From positions 1 to 64,000 of IMG/VR virus record IMGVR_UViG_3300005405_000008: a stretch of DNA of 64,000 nucleotides; one strand, 5' to 3'. The notes below the pieces were generated by a model, which saw only the letters and a list, made by a program, of their open reading frames with translations, was not told where the DNA came from and did not search any database. The number at the start of each line of letters is the position of its first letter. Within the stretch, counting starts at the first letter, position 1. Made by a program: the position numbers and the translations under genes. The stretch comes from an uncultured virus (IMG/VR IMGVR_UViG_3300005405_000008). Its lineage: Duplodnaviria; Heunggongvirae; Uroviricota; Caudoviricetes. Positions 1-10,269 of this stretch are shown one piece after another.

Positions 1-2800
1 CTTTCTTTTCTGATGTTTTCATTTTCTTAGGGTAGTCAATTAATGGTAAATCAACCCATTTTGCCAATTCAACCTGTAATCCATCTACCCCACAAGATGC
101 GACAGTACCAGTTAATGAATTCTGATAATTATTTATTAATGTTTGGTCTACAGATAAATCAGTTGCAATTGCAATTACATCAGCACTTTCTGCTAAAATA
201 TTAGTAAAAGATGTTTTTAAAGAAACTGATTCATCATAACTAATAAAATTATCTTTTGCAAAAGAATTTATATCTGTTTGCATTGATACAATAGCTACAT
301 TTGCTTCAAATATTTGTTGATCTACATAAGTTAATTCATTAGATGCCTCAATTTGTGTAATGGTTGTTTCTAACGCTGTTTTTGTAGTTTCAACTTTCTT
401 TAAATATCCATTTACTGTTTTCCCCTTACTTGGTTTAATTGTAATTGGATAAGTAGATTGCAACAACCAATCGTCAATTGAATTTAAAGCGTCATTAATT
501 GCATCTACATAATGACTTTCTACTAATGTTAAATCAGTTCCGTCTACAATTGCTTTTAACCCATCTGCAATAGCAATGATATCATTAGATTCAGTTTGAA
601 CATTAGTAAACAAACCACTTAATATTACTGATTCAGCTTGTGTAATTTGTCCATTATTAATATAAATATTCACTTGTGTTTGAAATGCAGACAAAGCTGT
701 GTTTAATTCAGTAATTTGATTATCAGTATAATTTAGTGCATCTGTTTGACGAGCTTTGCTGATTGCATTAATCAATATAGATTTTGTATTTTCTACATCT
801 TTAAACAAACCAATTACATAATTTCTTTCTTCTATTGTAATTGCAATAGGGAAGGTTAATGGATTAATGTCTGTTCCTATCCAATTAGTATAAAGTTCGT
901 TACTTAATGTATCTAAAGCAGCATCATAATTATCTTTTTCCGTTGTAATTTCAAGATTTTCTGCAACATTTAATAAATCTTCTGATTCAGATATGGCTTT
1001 TTCTAGTGTTAACTTGAGTTGCTTACTTTCATCTTTTGTAATCCACCCATCACTTCCAAATCTTGTAATATCAATTTGTAAATTATATAATGTTCCATTT
1101 ACTTCTTGGATTTGTTTGTCTACATAATCTTTAGCATTTGCTTCTGATTCATTCCAACGATATTGGTTTAAATTAATAATATCTACAACTGAACCTGAAT
1201 TATAAAGTGAATCAGAAAGTCTTCTTGATGCAGTTTTAACATTAGAAATAGTTAATTGTACTTCGGCATTTTCGAAGTCAAATGAAACTTCTATAATACG
1301 AGCAGTTATATCAATTCCTAATTGTTTATGTTGAATTGCAATTGCATCACCAATATTAATTTTATCCCAATTAGATTGTTCAGATAATATCTCAAGGAAG
1401 TTGACAATACTAATTTGAATTATTGTTTTGGGGTGTTTTCTATTCAGCATCTCATCTTGGGCATAAAGATATAAATCATGAGCATTTATAAGGGATGTGT
1501 TTTCCCAATTTTTGTCTATCATAAATGATGTTTGAAGCTCTACTAATAATTCTGGAGTATCTGCAAAATAAGTATCATATGATAAGCCTGTTGTGATTTC
1601 TGTCATTTGTAAATTTACTTCTGCAATTTGTAGATTTATATCATCAATTTCTGATTGTTTTACATCTATTTCTGTTTGTTTTGCTGTTTTCTCAGCAATT
1701 AGAGTTGTTGTGCTATTCCCTAAGTTTTTTGCAGTTTCAATATTATCATCAATGACAGCCATTTCATCAGTCAATATTGTCATTTCATTTTGCTTTGTGG
1801 TTAGTGAGGTTTGCAAAGTGGTTAATTGGGTTAATAAAGTATTAAAAGTATCACTACTTTGAGAAAGTAATAATTGATAATCTAATAGTTTATTGCATAA
1901 ATCATTAGACATATAATCAGAACTAACAAGTACTTCTTTAGTATCTTCATTCCTTTGAAAAGGAAATAGAAAATAAGAATAATCTTCAATGTAACTACCA
2001 CTTGGATTTACTGCATTTATTGTTAACCCATCTTTTCCATATGGTTTTAATCTTGTGCAGAATATTTCACTATCAATACTTTGAACTATAGTTTTTAGAT
2101 ATTTCTTATTTGTAATTCTTAAACCTCTATTTAATCCTGCTTCATCTATTGTACTGAAATTTATTTTTCTATTTATAGAGTCAAATTGTGCAATTAAATT
2201 AAATGCATCTGCCATATCTAAAATAAATGCCAATTTTGTATCAATAGAAATGTCAAATGACCTATATGTAGAATTTAAAATTTCTGAATATGTTCCAAGT
2301 GTCCATGAGGTGTCCTTTAGAATTCCTTCTGTATTTTCTGTAGTTGTAGTTGATAATCCTGTGTTGGGGTCAATAGTGGTTATATCCCTTGAAAATCCAT
2401 TCATGATTTCTGGCAATAATACTCCATCAACTTTGTAACTTCTTAAATTTTTATTTTTAAGTTCATATTCAAGAGAGTAACAATTTACCTCTAAAAAATC
2501 AGCATCATCGTCAGCACTCGGAGCAGGATTGTCTATGACATAATATGAAATTACAGAACCCAAAACTAATTTAATTAAGTATCTATTTTTTAATATTTCA
2601 CAATGAGTATTATATTGTAATTGATGATCAATTTCTAGCTGATAAGGTAATTTAAAAACCAATTCATTTAATGTTGTTAGTGATAATTTTAAAGTCGCTC
2701 CAAAATATTCTTTTAATGATGCTATAATTGTTTTATTTGGTTTACAAAGATAGAGTTTTGGTTTCTGTGGAGTTTTTGATAAATCTATATCTATGAACAA
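1..2800 (-). CDS. Tail-associated (Tal/endopeptidase-tail-like) baseplate hub protein; partial, runs off the window start
   Basis: Not in the ORF track because it has no stop in the window. TTG start at 2800 follows an AAGGA SD and reads MFIDIDLSKTPQKPKLYLCKPNKTII. It contains TRLKPYGKDGLTI, typical of prophage tail proteins, and lies directly after Dit. Confidence 0.75.
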   Translation of the reverse strand, partial: MFIDIDLSKTPQKPKLYLCKPNKTIIASLKEYFGATLKLSLTTLNELVFKLPYQLEIDHQLQYNTHCEILKNRYLIKLVLGSVISYYVIDNPAPSADDDADFLEVNCYSLEYELKNKNLRSYKVDGVLLPEIMNGFSRDITTIDPNTGLSTTTTENTEGILKDTSWTLGTYSEILNSTYRSFDISIDTKLAFILDMADAFNLIAQFDSINRKINFSTIDEAGLNRGLRITNKKYLKTIVQSIDSEIFCTRLKPYGKDGLTINAVNPSGSYIEDYSYFLFPFQRNEDTKEVLVSSDYMSNDLCNKLLDYQLLLSQSSDTFNTLLTQLTTLQTSLTTKQNEMTILTDEMAVIDDNIETAKNLGNSTTTLIAEKTAKQTEIDVKQSEIDDINLQIAEVNLQMTEITTGLSYDTYFADTPELLVELQTSFMIDKNWENTSLINAHDLYLYAQDEMLNRKHPKTIIQISIVNFLEILSEQSNWDKINIGDAIAIQHKQLGIDITARIIEVSFDFENAEVQLTISNVKTASRRLSDSLYNSGSVVDIINLNQYRWNESEANAKDYVDKQIQEVNGTLYNLQIDITRFGSDGWITKDESKQLKLTLEKAISESEDLLNVAENLEITTEKDNYDAALDTLSNELYTNWIGTDINPLTFPIAITIEERNYVIGLFKDVENTKSILINAISKARQTDALNYTDNQITELNTALSAFQTQVNIYINNGQITQAESVILSGLFTNVQTESNDIIAIADGLKAIVDGTDLTLVESHYVDAINDALNSIDDWLLQSTYPITIKPSKGKTVNGYLKKVETTKTALETTITQIEASNELTYVDQQIFEANVAIVSMQTDINSFAKDNFISYDESVSLKTSFTNILAESADVIAIATDLSVDQTLINNYQNSLTGTVASCGVDGLQVELAKWVDLPLIDYPKKMKTSEKK

Positions 2801-2868
2801 ATTAATTCACATCCTTAATATGATTTTATTTATTTATTATTTATTTATTATTTATTTTTTAATATAGT

Positions 2869-3690
2869 TTAATATAATTTAAACTGATATCTAAATTGTA
2901 TTTTACATGTGCCTTTGATAACTAAGTTATTTACACCCCTATTTAAACTAAGAAAATCACCAGTTAAATTGTTTATACGATATGTATTTGGAAGTGAGGA
3001 GGTAATCTCTTCTTGTTCATTATCTATAAATAAATCTTCTCCATCTTTTAATGATTCAAATAATGTATTACCATCAGAATCTAATATAGTTGATAATTTA
3101 AATTCTTTTCCTCCATCTGAATTATTTATTATACTAATATCTCCATCATTTACTTTGAGAAGGGATATTTGAGGTTGGCAAGGCAAGTCTCCTTTATTAG
3201 TAAAAATAATAGATGTCCCATATATTGGGTTTGTGGAAAGATCTATTTCATCATCAAGATAAACGGAAGAGTAGACATAAGGATCAGAACATCTGAAATT
3301 AAAAATGGCATAACCATGTATTCCATTATGTGACAATGGAGTAGAATCTACGAGAATACAATAATAAACATAATCCGGTAACGATTCAAAAATCATTGAT
3401 TTGTAGCTAGAAGAACTAAATAAACGTTTAATTTCTCTTAAATTGTCTTCATTAAATTCTTCATTAAATGCTAATGTTAAAGTAAATGATCTTGGTAATG
3501 TTTTTATTTGTATAAAACTTGGTTTATCATTATATCTTGTGGTTATTTCCTTAAGTTCTCTCTCAGGTAAAAAAAATTCCTCGTAAAGTCCGTTGCTACC
3601 AACTTGACAGTTAATGACTCCTAAATCTTGTGAGTTTATATTGTCATATAGAAATGATAGTGATTGAAGTATTGGCATTGATTTTTTCAC
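2869..3690 (-). CDS. Distal tail protein (Dit)
   Basis: Lies between tape measure and Tal. Motifs FRCSDPYVYS, NKGDLPCQP and FLSLNRGVNNLVIKG are typical of the Sipho_tail/Dit family. Confidence 0.85.
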   Translation of the reverse strand: MKKSMPILQSLSFLYDNINSQDLGVINCQVGSNGLYEEFFLPERELKEITTRYNDKPSFIQIKTLPRSFTLTLAFNEEFNEDNLREIKRLFSSSSYKSMIFESLPDYVYYCILVDSTPLSHNGIHGYAIFNFRCSDPYVYSSVYLDDEIDLSTNPIYGTSIIFTNKGDLPCQPQISLLKVNDGDISIINNSDGGKEFKLSTILDSDGNTLFESLKDGEDLFIDNEQEEITSSLPNTYRINNLTGDFLSLNRGVNNLVIKGTCKIQFRYQFKLY

Positions 3691-3760
3691 CTCCTGTTAA
3701 TTTAATGGAGTTGCCGAACAGCAGCAACTACACATCATATAATAAGCATTATTTTATATA

Positions 3761-4912
3761 TTAGTCTATATTTCTAATGCAAATATAAATTTTACCATCT
3801 GTGTAATTATCAACATCTAAATTACGCTCAATAATTGTTTTATCTACAATATTATCATTTTCTCCGTAAAATTTTGTTAATATGGTATCTGTGGCAGATT
3901 TTTCTAAATTATTTACATCTATAGACTTTTTACAATCAAACTTATAGAATAGCACTATAGGTTTATCCCAATCAACATTTAATTCTTCTTTTGGTATTAA
4001 TTTGTCAGTAGGGAATTCGTCTAACCATTTTTTATATTGATATGTTTTTACCACTATATCTTTTCCTGTGTAATCATTTCTTACTGTTTCATATAGAGAA
4101 TTATTAGACATTCCATGAATCGGAATACACATATACTCATCAATAGAAGGATTTAATATAGATAGTTTATTGTCCATATCCTTAATAATCTCATCTTTAT
4201 ATCTTAATCTTTGACCATATGATTTATTCTCACTAGAACCTTTCTTCTTAACGTATTCGTGTATATAGTAGGAATAAGTGGTCGTTTTAGGCATATACAT
4301 CTTGTCGTTAGGATTTAGACCATTTCTATTTTTTGTCAATCCATCAACCAATCTACTATATTCTTTTCTTTTTATTTCTGTATCTCTAATTGTATCTATA
4401 TATTCTTCAAATAATATAATTAATCCTTGAAATTGTTCATAATCACAATATTTAAAAGTAGAAACTGTTTTGCGTTTTCCAAAATGTGATTCAAGCATTT
4501 TCTTACGAGCAATTTTATCATCCTTTTCGTTTAGAGCTTTAATTACTTCTGTGCTCTGTTCGCGCCTATATTTTAATTCTTCAGTCATATCTTCAAATGC
4601 TTTGGTGTATTTATATGTAAATATTCTAGCATCTTTCCCACTAAATCCTAATACTAACATACTAAATCCCTGTCTATCAATTAAATATTCAGGCATTTCT
4701 CTATTGTTTTCATTGATATAATTACATAGTCCAAAATTGGACTGTGCTTCTGGAACATCGTCAATTAAATTCCTAATATCTCTCAAGACATGTTTATGCT
4801 CTTTACCATACTTTTCTGCAATTGTTCTGCTACTAACTGCTACATTACCTTCTTCGTTAACCATTAAACCAAATTCTTTTGCAAATTCTGATAATTCATT
4901 TTTCTTTTCCAT
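3761..4912 (-). CDS. Rha-family phage regulator with a C-terminal RusA-like domain
   Basis: N-terminal VSSRTIAEKYGKEHKHVLRDIRNL...MPEYLIDRQGFSMLVLGFSG is a Rha motif. C-terminal SNNSLY...DVNNLEKSATDTIL...ENDNIV resembles the RusA DxDNxxKxxxD motif. ATG at 4912 was chosen from SD spacing. Confidence 0.75.
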   Translation of the reverse strand: MEKKNELSEFAKEFGLMVNEEGNVAVSSRTIAEKYGKEHKHVLRDIRNLIDDVPEAQSNFGLCNYINENNREMPEYLIDRQGFSMLVLGFSGKDARIFTYKYTKAFEDMTEELKYRREQSTEVIKALNEKDDKIARKKMLESHFGKRKTVSTFKYCDYEQFQGLIILFEEYIDTIRDTEIKRKEYSRLVDGLTKNRNGLNPNDKMYMPKTTTYSYYIHEYVKKKGSSENKSYGQRLRYKDEIIKDMDNKLSILNPSIDEYMCIPIHGMSNNSLYETVRNDYTGKDIVVKTYQYKKWLDEFPTDKLIPKEELNVDWDKPIVLFYKFDCKKSIDVNNLEKSATDTILTKFYGENDNIVDKTIIERNLDVDNYTDGKIYICIRNID

Positions 4913-5107
4913 AATTTTTATCACTTCTTTCTTTTTTATTAGCAATTTTAAGTTCGAGATAATACTGCGATATTATTTTTGAACATATAAAACTACTTAG
5001 AGAAGAGTCAGAACATAATCCTAACCCATCTCTTCGCAGTTTTCTTACTAATAATAAGAATGAAAGAAGTGGTTAGAATAGTTTTTACTACTCTCTAAGT
5101 AGTTTTA
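4913..5107 (-). promoter_or_regulatory. Structured antisense-type leader of the rha gene (large variant)
   Basis: Closing stem UAAAACUACUUAGAG/CUCUAAGUAGUUUUA spans 4988-5107. Internal CACUUCUUUC (5062-5071) is exactly complementary to the RBS-region GAAAGAAGUG (4922-4931). Confidence 0.65.
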
Positions 5108-5164
5108 ATAAATAATTTTTATTTTGTTAATTGGCAATAGGAAAAGAGGAAGATAATCAATAAA

Positions 5165-8100
5165 TTAATTTCTTCCTCTGATGATCTGTAACTTCTCAAT
5201 ATATTTGACTGTATATTTAGCTGCTCTTTCAAGTTCACTATTTGGTATTTTCCCATCAGTTGCATTCACATTAAAATTCATATTAGGAATAGTTATATTC
5301 GATGATGATGATGTATTATTTGGAGTAAACTGTGGTGTAGAAAACGATGGCAATGATATAAGTGATGGAATTGTTTGGAGTAATGATGATAGGGAAATAT
5401 TTTTTAATATGTCAGAAACACCAACTCCATCTGCATATGAGGGAATAGATGATAATGTAGATGGGGTAGATTTGTTAAGTAATGCTTCTGTTTCGTTATG
5501 GGGGAGGATTTTTGTTCCTTTTTCTAAGTTCATTATTTCTGGGCCATTATTGCCACTAAGGAATGGTGGTCTATTTGGAGGAATTATTAATTCTGAACCT
5601 TTTTCTGATGTTTTTGCGAGTCCTCCAGGATGGTTGGGGGTGCCTGATGCGTATTGAGGAATACTACTTGAAGCAGATTTAATTTCATTAATGGTGCTGA
5701 TAATATTCTTAAATGCACTATCAATCTCTTTTGCCTTCTCAGTTAAATCTTTAGTAAATCCGTCAGAAAAGTTAGTCAAAGCATCATTTATGTCAGTAAT
5801 ATTACCTTCTAAAATTGCTTTTCTTAAATCTGCCCAATATGTCTCATCTGCCATTCTTGCATTATAATTATCTTCTGCTAATTGCTTCTCTGCTTCCATT
5901 CTCTCTTTTTTGGCATTGTAAATAGAATTTTCAGCTTCTTTTTCTGCTTCAAGGTTCTTTTTTATTGCTTCGAGAGAATCCTGAAGATTTTGTTTGCGAA
6001 GATCATTGGTGTGAGTTTGTTGCATATCTTCAATTGAACTATTCTTCTCTGCAATTTGTTTCTGGAGTTCGGCGAGTCTAGCGCGACCTTCTGGTGATGT
6101 ATCATTTTGTATCGCATTGATTTGATTCTGAATATCCTGTCTTTCAGATTGTGCAGTATTGAGGTTCTTATTATAGTTTTGAGCATCTGCAAGACGATCT
6201 ATTGCCTCTATTTGTGCATTTATGGATTCCTCTGCTGCTTTTTCTTCTTTTTCGAGATTATCAAGTATTTTCTGATGAGATTTTTCTAATTTGTCAACTT
6301 TTTCTTGATATGCTTTATCATCTAATTCTTTCTGATTTTGATAAAATTCTTTTAATGCAGAGATTGCTTCGTCTGCTTGGGAATTTTGAAACTCTTGGAG
6401 AGATTGGTTAAGTTTAACTTGTGCTGATCTTGTGTCTAATATAGCTTGAGTATTTTCATTTATTGCTTTCTTAATTGTGGATAATTTTGATAGCTCATCC
6501 TGCATTAGTTTTTGCGCTTCAGCAGATGAGGAATTAAATGTGTCGTAATATTGCTTCGTCGCTTCACCGTTTTCGTCAATATAATTCCAGGCTCCAACTT
6601 TATCTCCTTCAGACATTAATTTATAATTGGCTTGTTGAAGTTGATTTATTTCATCTGTTTGTCCTTTAAGGAGTTCAGTTGTTTTTTGGAGTTGAAGGGA
6701 GTAGTTTTTGTTAGAAGTGGCAAGGTCTAGGTCTGCTTGGATTGCTTTGTTTTTTTCAGCTGTAAGTTTAGATTCTAAATTTATTTCGTTTATGATGGCT
6801 TGAATTGGATCTGTGTAGGAGGGTTCTTGAGGTTTCTTTTCTTTCTCTTTACCACCAGACATACCGATGCCTGAGAAATCTATGCTTGAAGTACCTTTCA
6901 TAGCAATATCATCCAATGCAGACGAAAAAGCACTCATTTGATTTATATAATCTTTTAATCCATCTGTATTAGCTTTCATTTCAGGAGATATGCCATATCC
7001 ATTACCACTTGCCCTACCATTAGCGTCAACAAGAGTCCTTCCAGCATCCAAAGGTTGTGCTACCAATTTCCCAGCTTTATAAAAATTAGACCATTCTGAA
7101 GCTAATTTTTGTATTAATGCTTGATCTACTTTAAATTTTGCATCAGCAAGTGATTTGAAGTTTTCAAGATCCTTGTTGTATCCTAAATTTAAACCTTTAA
7201 CTAAAGAATTTACTCCTTCAATATTCTTTTGATAATACTCGGCACTATCCATAAGCATATTAGCATAAGCTTGGCGAGACGCTTCTTGTTCTTGATGAAT
7301 AATATTAGTAAGTTCTTGATGTAATCCTTTCTCATCTCCAAGAAGAGGAATAAGTTCTTTATGTTTTTCTGAAAGTTTAATTATTGTATCAATATTAAAC
7401 TTCCCATTATCGTTATATTCTTTTAATGCTGTTTGGATTTCTGAAATAGAAGACGATGCATCTGATAAAGTTTTTTGGAGAGTGGTGAGGGAAGATGAGA
7501 AATCATTTATTTTTTCTTTTGCTAGTTGAACATTTGGAATATTAAACATGTCTTTTAAAATTTTATTTGTTTCTTCAGCACTAATTCCTAATGCTATTAA
7601 ATATGGAGACATGTCAGAAATTGCTTTTTCATAAGTATTTCCAATTATATCTTTATTTGCTCCACTTTTTGCTAATTCTTCTAAAACTATTTTTGCTTTA
7701 TTTAATTCAGAAGAAAAATCAGAACTTTTAAGACCGTCAAATATTTTAGTGAATTCTTCCCCTGTGATTTTACTTTCATCTTTAAGCTTACTCAAATCAT
7801 AAATTAGTTTAGTTACTGCTTCTTTGCCTAGTGATTTAGCAGAATCGCTACTTTGTAAAAAAGCTTCAGCCAAAATAGATAAATCTTTTCTACTTTCAAG
7901 AACTTTTGCGCTAAGTGTAGATAATTCATCTTTAATGCCTTTTAAATTATTCTTAGCAATTTCTAGTGAATTATTACCATACTCATCAATTTTATTTTGA
8001 CTTCCGCTGTTTATATCTTCAATTGTTTTTAAATATTCGTCTTTATGTTTTATTAATAAGTCTAGTCTTTCTTGGTCTTTTTGTAATTGCGAGAAATCAT

Positions 8101-8966
8101 TTTTCCCATCAGTAGTAAAAGTTATAGCCATTTGTTCTTGTTTAACTTTTAATAATTCTTCGTTGTCTTTAATTGCTTGTTGAATTGATTCAGAAGACCC
8201 AAGGATTGCTTTTCCCTCTGCATCATAACCATCAATTAAATCAGGAAATTGTGTTATTAATCGAGATCGAATTTCTTCTAATTTTGTCTCCTCGTTTATT
8301 GTACGAGATGATATTGCAGATAAAGATTCATATTGACTTGCTAGATTTTTTGCTTCCGATGTTTGTTGTTTAAGTGAATTAATACTTCTATTTAATTCAT
8401 CGAATACTTCTTTTTGTTTTTGAGCAGACCTTTCAGCTCTTGCCCCCATAAAATCAAATGCCACTATGACAGCAGTAACAGCACCTACAACTAAACCAAT
8501 TGGATTAGCAAGCATAGTAGCCCATAAACCTTTAATTGCAAAATTTAATGCAGTAGTTGTGCCCATCAATCCGATTTGAGCAAAAGACATTCCAGCCAAT
8601 CTAGCTTGTGTTTGAACTAAGCTTGAATTTAATAATATAGTAGATAAAGAAAAATCCTTTAAAAACTTTAAAAAAACAGCACCTTTATTTACCGCAAGCA
8701 AAGTAAATACCAATCCCAAAATAGTTCTAAGATTACCAAAGTTATTAATTAATAGAGTTATACCACCAATCATACTTTTCACTAAACCAGTATCTATCGT
8801 GTTATTCCAAAAATTATTTATTGCATTTCTTAGCTGATTAATTTTGGTTTCCCAACTGCCCATTCTTACTTCATTTTCTGCCATCGCCGATCCACTAGCA
8901 TTAGAATAATCTTCAAGCATACTTTTGTACATGTCAAAATTTTCAACTAAGGCTACTAATTGATTG
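5165..8966 (-). CDS. Tail tape measure protein, exon 2
   Basis: Long helical ORF with NPIGLVVGAVTAVIVA and YASGT...SEKGSELI motifs. The frame stays open upstream of the annotated ATG (NQLVALVENFDMYKSM) up to the intron 3' end. Confidence 0.9.
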
Positions 8967-10269
8967 CTTTGTATTCAACAAGGTTCGTTAATCCTTGCCA
9001 GTTCTCAATTAAACAAATTATAATTTGTTTAATATGAACTTCTTATATTTTCATACAAGAATAGACTATATCACCATCCTACTAAGGATGTCTCCCATTT
9101 CCACTCACTTGAGTGTACGGCTTTCGCCTAGTCGTTGAACCTTACCTTACGGTCTTGGTTGCTGATTGCCAATTGTTATAGCACTTAGGATTTAACCATA
9201 TGCCATCTGATTAATTTTTTCTACTTTCGTCACCATCACGCTTATAATCAATAGATTTTGTAGATTCTCTTATCTTATTCTTACTCATAATTTATTTTGA
9301 ACTCATGCCATTGTTCTATTGTATTATTACCAAACCCATACAAAGAATGAAATTTATTGTGTATTTCTTTCTTTAAGCAAACACCCAAAGGATATTTGTT
9401 TTGAAATTCCCTAAAGACATATAAAATAGACGATAATTCATCATCAGAATAATCGTCTATTTTGCCTTTTATTTCAATATGTAAATGTAATAATACATCA
9501 TTAAGGATTAAATTCAATCCATATGTGTGATGTATATCATCAAATCTTTCTCCAGTAATTACACATTTATAATTGCAATTCTGCATTGATTTCTTTTTCC
9601 ATTCTGCATTATTGCGTCTTACAAATTCTGAAAGATTTTCATATGAACTTTCTTCTGCTTGCCTTAATAATCCTAATTGACATCGCTTGTCGCATATAGC
9701 ATGAGCTTTTCTACTTATAATTACCCCAATTTCTTCATCTGTCATCTCTTTCCAATTATTTTTTATAAAATCTATATCTTCTATTGTGAACCATAAGTTT
9801 AGAGACACTATGTTTTTTATATTTAGTTCACATGCTTTCATAGTAATAGTTTTTATATTTCTATTTGGAAGAAATTCTAACATTTCAATTGGAGTTTTAA
9901 TAGGATAATATTTTTTCATTATGTCAATATCATCTTCAGACCAGTAATTCCTACTTGATATTTTTAATTTACTAGCTTTCGATACAATTGCACTATAAGA
10001 AAATTTATTATCTAATAAATCACAAATATTATTTACATTACCGAATGTATAATTACTCTTTAGAATCTTGATATCATTATCAGTCCATCTTTGTATAAAA
10101 ATCATCTCCTTAAAAATGTTTTATACAAAAACTATTGATTATTACGTTGTGGTTTAATCAGCTTTATGGGTTTCCAGCAGTTAAAGAGATTTTGGATAGA
10201 TAAATTACATATCTATCGCTCTATGCACATTTCTGTACAGAGGAGGCTGTCAACAATATTTGTTCGTTA
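8967..10269 (-). mobile_element. Group I self-splicing intron in the tape-measure gene, carrying an HNH ORF
   Basis: Core elements are in order: P AACUGCUGGAAA (10171-10182), Q AAUCAGCAACC (9157-9167), R GUUCAACGACUA (9129-9140) and S GUGAUAUAGUCU (9063-9074). There is a P2 hairpin with a GAAA loop and a 3' end ...GAAUACAAAG. The 5' boundary is uncertain by about 1 nt. Confidence 0.92.
9281..10105 (-). CDS. Intron-encoded HNH-type homing endonuclease with N-terminal Myb-like W[ST]xxD repeats
   Basis: CVITGERFDDIHH...GVCLKKEIHNKFHSLYG; repeats WTDNDIKIL, WSEDDIDIM, FTIEDIDFI. Confidence 0.8.
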   Translation of the reverse strand: MIFIQRWTDNDIKILKSNYTFGNVNNICDLLDNKFSYSAIVSKASKLKISSRNYWSEDDIDIMKKYYPIKTPIEMLEFLPNRNIKTITMKACELNIKNIVSLNLWFTIEDIDFIKNNWKEMTDEEIGVIISRKAHAICDKRCQLGLLRQAEESSYENLSEFVRRNNAEWKKKSMQNCNYKCVITGERFDDIHHTYGLNLILNDVLLHLHIEIKGKIDDYSDDELSSILYVFREFQNKYPLGVCLKKEIHNKFHSLYGFGNNTIEQWHEFKINYE

